Assembly (NCBI GenBank): GCA_030141605.1
Contig: JAQGDQ010000121.1
Location: forward strand, 372,001-436,000
DNA length: 64,000 nt
From: Tubiluchus corallicola
Lineage: Eukaryota > Animalia > Priapulida
Direction of reading: 5' to 3'
Below, piece after piece: positions 12,388-23,015 of this stretch; the first letter of the stretch is position 1, and each line of letters opens with the position of its first letter. Under the pieces are notes generated by a model. The model searched no databases. It saw only the letters and a list, made by a program, of their open reading frames with translations, and had not been told where the DNA came from. Position numbers and translations under genes: made by a program.

Positions 12388-15300
12388 TCAACAAACGGTC
12401 GAATTACGCGCATCAAGGATGAGCTTGGCAATCTCTGGAATCCCAACCATGTGCTTGGCTTGGGCAAATATCGTTGGACCATTTTGTCTCATTATTTTAG
12501 CATCTCTGTCCATAACCTAGCAGAAATAAAACAAATAAGGAATTCAACCTGGAAAAGTTTCGTGTTACTTGAAACTGAAAAACTGCTTTCAAATCACTCA
12601 TTGAAATTTATTAAGTAAAAAATCTGAAAAATAGCAATGAAAATTTCCTAACTCTATGCTTATAGGAAGCTAAACAACTGCCAAGGATAATTTAATTGAT
12701 TTTTTTATTTTGTCCATAATCTGCAAATAGTTGAGCAGAGGGCAAGAAGAATATTCAAGTGATTGATTATGATGCGTGTTACGAAGATAAGCAATGCTGA
12801 GGTTGGTTTGTGAATGATTGCCGATTTCAACACTCCCTCTGGGCAGTGCTATTCATCATATTGATAGCTGTTTAACATTCCATTGTATTCATATGCAAAT
12901 GTGACTCTGACACCATTGTTGATTCAATTTTGTAGAGTCTTTGCAGATGGACAGATTTTGGTCCAACTACAACCATTAACACTAGGCCCTGTTGGTGAGT
13001 GCTGGATTCCGGGTTGTTGAATACCAAACTGCATAACAAAATAAATGTAACCAAAATCTAATTGAATATCTGCCATTTATTTAAAGAAATCCACACAGCT
13101 TCCAGAACGTTTTGCTGCCTTTGAAATTAACAATAAAATGCAATATATGATGTTAAAATAAATTACCAAATTCCTTTATGTGTAAATGCCTAGTTTTAAC
13201 TGCCTATGCTAAGTAAAGTTTTCTGAATCGTAAGTAAGAAACGTGTTAAATAGTCTTGTTTTACCTTGAGATCAGCTCCAACTGCTTCCGCTAAATCTGT
13301 TTTGTTGATCACTAATAAATCACTTTGCGTAATTCCGGGACCACCTTTCCGTGGTATCTTGTCGCCACCTTTTCAACAACATACCATTCTCAATTGAATG
13401 TGGTATTTAATCTTCATTTTAAAGCAGCACTGAAAGCATTTTAAATTTTTAAGCTCAAATTAACACTTTGTCCTCACCTACTTCAGTGCACTTTATTTAT
13501 AGGAAAAATATATTAGTAATGAGGTACAGCATGCAAAAGTTTTAGCACAATACCACTGGTATTTCGCATTGAGCTGTTTTATTATTGCAGCTTGTTAATT
13601 TTCCATTTCCTGATCATTTCTGCTTTTCAAAAGCATCACTGCCAAGTTACCTTATACCCAATGTGCCATTTAAACACTGCATCTGACAAAGAGTGATCAA
13701 CAGATAAAATTGTAGAAGAACAGTGGATTTTCAGGTATGATCATTTGATCGATAAGAAAAAACTGGATAGCAAAGCATCTGTGATGTGTAGTCTGATGTA
13801 ACTTGTGTACATTCTGAGAGAAAAATTCTGATACAGAAGCATTTGCTTATGTTTTACCACATACGCATGCTTATTGTTAAATGCGCCAAAGATTCCAGCG
13901 GCGTCACACCAAAATTAATACAACTTAATGTAAAAAGCTTTTCGTCAGTTTTTAAATATATGGTTATCACCAATGTCTAAGCTACATTTTGACACCCAAT
14001 CATATTTTGCTTTCAGTGCTGCTTTAACTCTAAAGTTACGAACAATTAGTTATGATGCTAGCCTTTGCAAAGGTTCACAACCCAAAAATTTGAGAGAATA
14101 TTGAGCTTTAATATAAAACTCGGTATCTATCACTGCCAGTACAAATCCTTCTAAAACTGGCTTTTAACTGTTATTTAAAACTGTTAAAAATTTCCAGTCA
14201 TAGATTTTTTGTTATCAATGTCCGAGTGACGTTGAATCAGGGCCACACACTTGTTTCTGATATAACATATTATTAATAAATGTGTTGTGCTTCCAATATA
14301 CAACAAATTTTTATCAAGATTACGGTTAAGACCATGATGTGCACTGGTTGATTTCTTATTGTCAGCTGCAAAATATTAAAGCGTTATACATTAAGTAGCT
14401 GTTCTTCAACTGATGACTAGCTGATATTGATTTCATTTTTTAACATGCAAAAGCTTTTGACAAAATAACTTAAAAACCACTGAAGCCATAAACTTGTAAC
14501 TATCATTTTGAAATTTCAACCTTGTAGTTCTAATATTATTGTAAGTGTAATATTATTGTTAGTTCTAATATTATTGTAGTGTAAACTTCGGAGGTGCATT
14601 TTTTCTGTTCCACACAATATGTATGTTACTATCTAGTGCAGTGTACAACAATAAGAAATACGTGTACTAAAGGAAGTAAAAAGATGTGGTAACATAGCAA
14701 AGTTAATGGAAGTTTTATGCTTACCAGCAACATCTATAACATAGATGATATAATCAGCTAGCTCTCTGCTGTAATTAGCTGCCAAGTTGTCACCACCCGA
14801 CTCTATGATTACCATCTCCGGATGATGCGTTCTCGTCAGCTCTTTGGCAATTTCTAAATTTAGTGAAAAATCCTGTAAAGTACAGATATCTGTTCTTAAA
14901 TATTACAGAAAACCATAAAAAAAAGAAGAAATAGTTCACTAGTTTGCCTTAAGATAATATTTTATATTTTGCAAAATTTGACTTTATTACATTCGTGATA
15001 TACATTTTTAAGAAAATTGGCTTTAAAGATACATTTGTCCCCAGAGCATTTAGTTCAGTTTGCATGAGGTTTCAGAAAACACGTGGCTGGAAGTAGGTTT
15101 TAACATTATCCATCTGAATAACAGTGCCGTAGCCAGCTTTTCTGACATTGCAATTTGATGAATTAACTAGCAAGAACATGCCATCAAACTTTATTTAATA
15201 TCGGCTTAAAAAATACATTGCAGAAAACATCATACCAATTACATATAGAATACATACAATTGCATAATATATAAATAGACAACTAAACTCGCAGAAAACA

Positions 15301-18300
15301 ACTTTTACAAGTTGTCAAAAAACAAAGCATTAAAATGTAACTGCTTGCAGCTGGGCTGAAAATTGAGACTTGAAAGTTGAAACTCAATTAAAATATTAGT
15401 ACATGTGGTAGTTTTTTTCAATTCATTGGCATGCTAAAATGTAGTAAGTTCTTTTGTGTTGAATGACAATTAATTTGGAAGTTTTATTTTAGCTGTCTCA
15501 GTATAATAGCATTTCTACGAAAGCTTATTGTGCAAGTACAAATAACTACAAGTCGGCAGCCACTACTTAATGTGTTTTATCAGAGAGTTTATCTTACCAA
15601 CAACTACTCGTTTCAGAGCAGCCAATTTGTCAAGTAAAGTGTATAACCCAATGTCAATGCAGGCCATAATCCAACAGTGTAGTGCAAACATTGAATATAT
15701 AACTAGAAGCACTAATAACATCATTTTGCAACTTTGCAAAACGAATTACCACTTACATGGGTTTACTTTGAAGTCATCCATAGCCTTTAACCTTAATGAC
15801 CTTTAAGTGACTAAGCCATATGTCTAGTTTGTCCATTAAACTGCTATTTAACAGACATTAATTAGTTTAGTTAGTATTTTTTTAAGATGAACAGTCCACT
15901 CTAAGTTGTCATACATTTGATGGTCTATGAGCACTGCGTTTGCCGGCACATTTCCGAAGTATATTTTACAGCACAGCACAACTAAAACCATACTTCATAG
16001 CATTTTAATTGACTAGTTTAAATTATTTGTAGGTTTTCATGTGCAGATAATAACGCATGTGGCTTTGAAACAAGTAAAGTGCTTTATGGATACATTTCAT
16101 TATTATTACCTCTCTTATGGCAGCATGAGGGCAACCTCCAGTCTCCACGGCTCTCATTCGATTTTCCGCAAGGGCTTCATTCTTGACTAAAAATTCCCAA
16201 TCTTCCCTTAAAAGAAAATAGGATATAATCAAGAATGAAGAGTTGCAATTTCGAAAAATTGATCTTTATAAGGTCACATGCTCAATGTCACACTTTATAC
16301 TCACATAATGTATTTGAGATTGAACACTATGAGATGTTAAATTGTGTAAAAGAAACTCTCAGGCAAGACACAAAATGAAAAACCTATGTGAATTTATCTG
16401 TTAGGATTGGCATTTTTCTTTTTAGGTTTAGCTCGAGACAAAATAATAAACCACGTATATAAAATGCAAGAGAACCAAATATGTTGAAGTATTCTAATTA
16501 TCAATGATCTTACAACATCTAGTGCCAAAATCAGCTTTTTCAAACATTCCATGAGACTGATGAGAAATGTTTGAGCCGGGTTAACTTTAAAAGCTGTATT
16601 ATACAGAGAACAGCTAATAACAAGACATTACCCAAGTTTCATGGCTTAGTTTAAAACTAGCTCTGTAATTCACGTTCGAACTGTATATATTACCAGCTGT
16701 TTTCTATTGTGTATCTACTGGTCATCCGGAAAAAATCATTTCTTGCAAATCTTTAGAAATCAAAAGTACATAAAATGCCAGATAACAATTTTTACGTTTT
16801 AGTCTTTGCTGATTTTTTTTTAAAATTAGAACAACAAAAAGCAAAGTGAATGACTCTATATGAGTGATTCTCTCTATGGTGTTTAAAATTGCATTTCCGT
16901 AACAGAGAAAACAAAATTTTTATTAACATACTGTTATGAATGAAAAAGAAACTTAGCTCTTGGAATTTATTTAACTACATAACTTGGAAAAAGTTTTCGT
17001 TCCATTTCGATCATTTTGCTGTAAAACCTACTGAATTGTTCAATAGCTCATTTAATCTCAATTTGCAGAAATTTAGGCAATTCTTGAAACAAAACTTTTT
17101 TTTCAATTCATGAACAACTTTTATTTTTCTTGCACCTTATAATAGCCGATACAAGTTTCACCATGTTATAAAATCTAAAGGATTTGTTAAGGCCATTTTC
17201 TAAGTTGTGTACTAAACAAAGAAAACAAAAACTGATTTCTTTTTCATTTAAAACAGGAAAGTTTGGAAAAATTTCATTTTCTTTGTTATGGATCATAATT
17301 TTAAACATAACATTTAAAAAAATACTCAGAAAAAGTAAAACAAAAAACTAAAAGTAAAGTAAAAGTAAAACAAAACTTTTTCTTGTGTAGGGAATATATA
17401 TATACCTATTGTTATTGTGTTGAATTTTTATGCCCTCTTGGCTATATGCAGGGAACATTTTTTTGGATGACTCTGTATATTATATTATATTATATTACCT
17501 TAGTGCCTGCAAGAGCTGGTGTTAAAACAATATAGAATGCACGCTTAATAGATTTGCATACTTGCCTTGTAAAGATGTCATTAGTGATAACACATATTGA
17601 GTGCTGATCACGCAAATATCTGCATAATGCAAGAACGAGTGCCGTCTTCCCAGCACCGACTGGACCGCCGATGCCAATTGTATATGCTCTCTGAAATAAG
17701 ACAATTATATTTTTCTAAATAGTGTGACTGCAAATATGGAATTTTGTTTTGCTGAAACAAAAATGAAATGTCAATGTAAAAAATTTAGTTCTTAGTACTT
17801 TTGCTCAAATGTAGTATGCCAAACTAGTTAGTTAGTTAATATTTATTGACCACGAGATAGTATGTCCAACAATAGCATAACAAAACAAAAATAATTGGCA
17901 TAAATGCGTAACAGGCACAGTCTAACTTGATTTAATATCAAAATGAAATACTTATAAAGTTAAGTATAGACATACTATATAAAAGGGTACGTTCAAGGTT
18001 TCAACTCGAGTATTTAAATTTTGATAACATATCATGTATTAATTCACAAATAATTTTTGGGTCTAAATTCCATAAAGTATCAACATCAATAATTATCTGA
18101 CCTATGTGTCTAGCACATAAATTCATACTTACTGCATAGTTTAAACACTTGAACCACATTCACAAAGTCGCAATTCAAGCTCAGCATGTGACCAACGCCC
18201 AGTTTCAACTCGCAAGTAATGTGAAATAAGTCTTATAAGTCTAGAGATAGGATGGACACTTAAATTCGGATTTAGTTCAATTCTATAAGTAACACTTTGT

Positions 18301-19107
18301 TTTATCTGATGGCAATGCATGCGCTTTGATTTTCTGAAAATCATCATCACGATTGGTGGTTGTATCTAATAACCTCTTAGCATAATGGTACGGGGGGAGG
18401 GGGGGGGGGATGACGGCACCTGCACACAGAGACATGTCATCATAAATACAGTACTTCATAAAATACTGTACCTGTTTCCAGTCTGTCCTACTAAGGGGTT
18501 TCTCCCTCTCTGTGAATTTTCCTGCAGTCTCCATTATTTCGTGAGTGTGGCCGTGTTCATGAGTATGAGAATGACCATCTCCACTATGATCATGAACAGT
18601 TCCTGCTAAAAATGGCCAGAAACATAGAGGCAGACAGCACAATCACACGCAGTTCAATTAAGCTGACTTAGATAGCTTTGGTGCACTAATTCTTGCGTTG
18701 TATTAAACAATCAAAGCTCTGCATCGCAGAAAACATATTCAGCTGGCAATGACACCAAAGTTTTTGATGGCTTCCCAAAGGTAATGCCTTTCTTTGTCAA
18801 AGTTCTGCATGCTGCAGTAAAGTCATTTCAAAGGGCACCAGCTTGTAACACATCCTTTGCTTGTTAACAGATATCACAAAATTATGGATAACAGTATATA
18901 ACCAGGACTGTTTGCAGAATTGGTGTTGCTATCTACACAATTCTTACTAGATAATAAAAATTAGTGTATTTTTATTTAATGCTCTGTATTTTTCACATAA
19001 ATACGCTCAATAGTTGCTAAATGAATTTTGACTGCTTGAATAGATTCGTAGCATCTTTACTAACCTTGCACAAAAGTTACAGAACCTTGCTGGGTTGAAT
19101 TTGACAT
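12388..19107 (-). CDS. ureG: Urease accessory protein UreG (SIMIBI GTPase, nickel chaperone), eukaryote type, 7 coding exons, about 258 aa
   Basis: Coding exons in transcript order: 19107-19065, 18602(or 18605)-18472, 17690-17566, 16206-16110, 14872-14725, 13368-13265, 12516-12388; phases consistent (777 nt). Motifs: His-rich [20 protein letters not shown]-loop [51 protein letters not shown]. The first coding exon ([14 protein letters not shown]) is less certain than the rest. Confidence 0.93.
13423..14023. mobile_element. Kolobok-type MITE (TTAA target duplication) in a ureG intron
   Basis: TTAA|AGCAGCACTGAAAGCA ... TGCTTTCAGTGCTGCT|TTAA: a perfect 16-bp TIR flanked by TTAA (13419-13422 and 14024-14027). 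Confidence 0.8.
16718..17475. mobile_element. Degenerate Tc1/mariner-type MITE in a ureG intron
   Basis: Left TA|CTGGTCATCCGGAAAAAA, right TTTTTTTGGATGACTCTG|TA (imperfect TIR, TA flanks). Confidence 0.45.
17826..18385 (-). mobile_element. Decayed 3' fragment of a non-LTR retrotransposon related to the 50515-52621 LINE
   Basis: Translation includes LNPNLSVH...[27 protein letters not shown], matching LNPELSIH...[29 protein letters not shown] in the 50490 ORF. Its 3' end GGTCAATAAAT plus (TAAC)n resembles GGTCAATAAAT at about 52599. Confidence 0.75.
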
Positions 19108-19995
19108 CGCTGCAGAATTTATCTATCTCGAAGCCCAACAATATTTATTACGAAAGCTAATAATCACTACTTCAGTACACGAGTCTTTCACAATCTGTTA
19201 TAACAGAAAAATTGGAATCAAGCCAACAAAATATATGTATTCTTAACTACTAACATCAACTATAATTAATAAGCAGTAATACTCTGGGTAATATGTTTAA
19301 ATGTAACATATTTTCTGGTATGTTTTAAGGTTAGGGCTCTGACTTCATTATATTTTACCAAGAGTAACATGTAGTCTTACATACAGTGATTTGGTTTTGC
19401 AAACACAAAACACATCTCGTGATGATGGCAGCAATATGGATAGTACCGCCACTGGTCACTTTGCAGTCGAAATCTGATTGCAATCACGATCAAATTCTGT
19501 CACAAATGATTGCATTGATCATGATCGCATTATAATTCTAAGCGGTTATTTCTTTCCAACTTTCAAAGAAATTTTCGGAATTCCTGCTCATTTTTTTTAA
19601 ATATTTTACCTTAATATAAAATATGTAATTGCCTACATTCAACTGGTATTCACTGTCAAAACCGCAATGGGAAAATCTTCAACACTATTATAATAGTGCA
19701 GGTTGATACTACTGTACCAATGATTAAAGGACTTAACTCAAACATTCGTGGCTGCGTGACGTCAAAATGATATCACAATTATGATGTTAAAATAGGGCCA
19801 GCTAACAAAATACACTTATACTGGTTCCGTATAAAATATACATGCAATAGAAAAAAACCACCCTTCAAATAAAAATAAAGTAGATATACAAACAATTGCA
19901 TTATGCACAAACACGAAGCAGCATGAAAGTCACACAAGTCTCAACTGGGAAACTGTAAATTATTAAGATCTCTTCTTGGATTTCATACAATTATT

Positions 19996-20028
<33 letters not shown>

Positions 20029-20479
20029 TATTCTCTGCAAACATTTTGCTTAATACTTTGTTAGGCTTGCAAACTAGGGTCCCAACTTACAGGGTCGTAG
20101 CCCTGGACAGGTCACGGACAGCAGTGTGTTCACTCCTGATCTCTGGTCAAGGGGAGAAGGGCAGTAGGCATCGGTCAGTTTTACAATTATGATTCAACTT
20201 ATCCTAGCGCGTACAGTTTTTTCAATTTTTTTTGGGTACTGTGGGGTAGATACAAACCTGGGATTTTAAAAATCTGGCAACCTTTAAACTTACGAGAGAG
20301 CGACCAAAATGCAAAATTAGAGGCACCCACTTTTGGTGACCTTTTAGATGCTGAGGGTTAGGTACCCAAAACTCACAGGTATGCTCTTAGGGTAATGGGA
20401 ACTATGTTTATAGGTGACCCGAGAATGCCGACTCAAAGGCCATGGAGTAGGCGGGTCTTTATTTATTTTTCTATAAGCT

Positions 20480-20860
20480 GTTGTTCAACCCATTTTGGAA
20501 TATGAAACAGTTGTATGGTCTACCCAGTATGATAAACCAAAGAATGCTCTTGAAAGAACTCAGGATAGGTGTATTTGTCTTGCCAATGGCTTGGATCCCA
20601 CTTCAATTTCTACACTCGAGCCAAACTGTGAAACTGTAGACCTTGTGAACTGCTTCATAATAATTAGTGGAATACTTTTCTCACAGCAACAAACTTTTTT
20701 CCAGGCCTCATATGAGTCTCAATTATTTGTTCAACCACAGTCAGAACGACCATCAGATCACACTTCTTTGAGGATTGTGTCGTTCAGCCATGGAATCATC
20801 AACCATCAGTGCTTCATCAGCTGACTGTTTCAAAAGGCATTTGAGAGAGGAGCGTTTACA
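20480..20860 (+). mobile_element. Degenerate CR1/L2-type LINE 3' fragment
   Basis: PILEYETVVWST...NALERTQDR resembles the CR1-group RPxLEYxxxVWSP...LERVQRR block; a downstream VVQPWN...SASSADCFKRHL resembles the usual ORF2 C-terminus. Frameshifted. Confidence 0.6.
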
Positions 20861-22167
20861 GACATCTCGGTCTTTATTTCTTTGGATAAGGTATAATTAT
20901 ATGTTTCAAGCAGCATTGATTTTAGCTTCTGGATCACATCTCAGTTCTTTTACATTACTTTCTATGGAAGTCTTAGCAAAGTTTCGCTTACTGTCATGTT
21001 TCGTTGCAAGGCACTAGCGTCGCTGAGTGAGAACTTGCCGTATTTTTCAAAAGTTTGCGTTCATTAATCCTAGAATTTAAATGTTTAACATTTAAATGCT
21101 GATTCTGATGAGTTCCCATACGTGGGACGTAGAGTGATCCCGTGTGTTGCATTGCCAAGACCAGTGCTTACAATACTCTTAAGATGGCCCTAGTCAGAAA
21201 CGTCCGCCCATTTATAAAATGTACACAATCTAACACCCATGTGGTGCACTTGACTCTCCAAGACATGGGCTGCCCAAGTACCGCACTGAGTTCCATTATC
21301 CATGAAATTATAATTAATAAAAATATTGGGCGAGGTTTATTTCTAAAGTGCTCTGGCATTTGAACAAGTTATCAAAGATCTAATTGTATTCTTACTGACA
21401 AGTGCCTGTGCATAAAAATTTGTCTGCAGAATTAATTACTGATATTATAATACGAAACAAAAATTGTGTAAAAGTGCACTGGATCCTATCAAGGCATGAT
21501 ATAGGGTCAAGGAGCAACACGTAATTATAATTACAAAACACTGGCTTAGAGATAAATTAATGGTTCAACTGCCTGACACTGTAGAGAAAGTGTTTGACGA
21601 AATGGTAAGCACCTATAATTACGCCAAAAGAGCTGGCCTCTTTAAGCTTAAAAGCTGTGGTGATCAAACATTGCTCACCCTAATGACAATTACGTTACTC
21701 GTTAGTCATTACTGTTAGTTTGTTAAAATTTAAGTTTAAATAATTATTTATTATTAAATAAAAAAATGAAAACCAACACTGTATTAACGTCTACATGTTT
21801 TAAAAACAATTAATGTAGTTTCGCTTTTGTTGCTGCGGTACTTGGGCAGCTCATGTACCGCAGGCGCTACTTCGGCTAGCCCATGTAACGCACTGTGGGT
21901 TACTTGGACTAGTGCGCTTCTTCATTCCCGACAGTCCGTTTATATAATAGGCTGTTATTTATATTTAGACGCAATCTAAAGAATCCCTGATTCGCCACAC
22001 AAATAAAAAATAACATTTACACAACTCACACTCAACTACGTTAGCCAGATTTTTGCTCGTGCCTCGTGCTCATGTTTAAGTCAATGGAGAAGTTCTTTTT
22101 CGCGTCTCAAGACATGTCGAGACGACGTCGAAGATCTCACGGATTGTTTGCAAAAAAATGTGCGAAC

Positions 22168-22930
22168 TGTTGGGAGCCGAGTGGACCACTGCGCCAAGTA
22201 GACCACTTGATGCGCTAAAAGTAGTGTCCTACATGGGCAGCCCAAGTAGGACACTAGCGATTTTTGTCGAGAATCGGTAATTTTGTCAAATTTTTGAAAA
22301 TTCTGTGAAAGTTTCTTCATTTTATTATTTACAGAAATAATTGCAAATTTAAAAATAAGACAGATGCTGCTAAGCCTTCACAACACCAAAAAGTAATTTT
22401 TAACATTTAAGAAAAGCAAGGATAATTAGTTTTAATATTATCAGTAGTATTGTAACATGTAGGGCACTGTCCTACATGGCTCGCTAGCCCATGTAGGACA
22501 CATAGATTGCTAGAACGTTTACTTATAAGAAAACAATTATTTGCCCAAGAGGTAGTGAAACGGATCACCTGTTTGTGAAGTGAGACAAAATCAAAAATGA
22601 TATACCTTAAACAAGTTTTGTATTCGCAAAAAAGTGGTTTTTTTCACTTCAACAACATTAATATCGAAACCAAATTTAATATTGTCCGTTCTACCAGCTC
22701 AGAATAAAATTCTTTTATTTTATTAAATGTATAATAAATTATTCAACGTGTACTAACGTTTTTAATTATTATTATTACATAAACAAGCACAACGGACGGT
22801 GTCAGTACACTTAACGACTCAATTCGCGACCTGTCTCTAGTGTCCTACTTGGGCAGCCCAAGTAGACCAATTGGTCTACTTGGCGCAGTGGTCCAAGTGG
22901 TCGGCGCAGTGGTCCAAACGGCTCCCAACA
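22168..22930. mobile_element. MITE-like element with TIRs and internal GC-rich palindromes, between the ureG and IDS 5' ends
   Basis: Termini TGTTGGGAGCCG..TGGACCACTGCGCC and GGCGCAGTGGTCCA..CGGCTCCCAACA form an about 28-bp TIR. The hairpin TGTCCTAC(A/T)TGGGCAGCCCAAGTAG(GACA) recurs at about 22222, 22467 and 22838. Confidence 0.75.
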
Positions 22931-23015
22931 CGAAGTGCTAATCTCAGTACTTGATTAAAAACTAATTATCGTATTTTCTTGTTATTTTGACTCCGCCCAA
23001 AAATACGTTATCTTA

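Noticed and set aside
11046-12516. Functional link between CENP-M (pseudo-GTPase) and the convergent UreG (GTPase)
   Set aside because: They belong to different GTPase classes and pathways; adjacency alone is no evidence.
12935-12993. Plus-strand exon-like segment (TTTTGTAG...GTGAGT) antisense within a ureG intron
   Set aside because: No recognisable product or partner exons; such splice-like pairs arise by chance.
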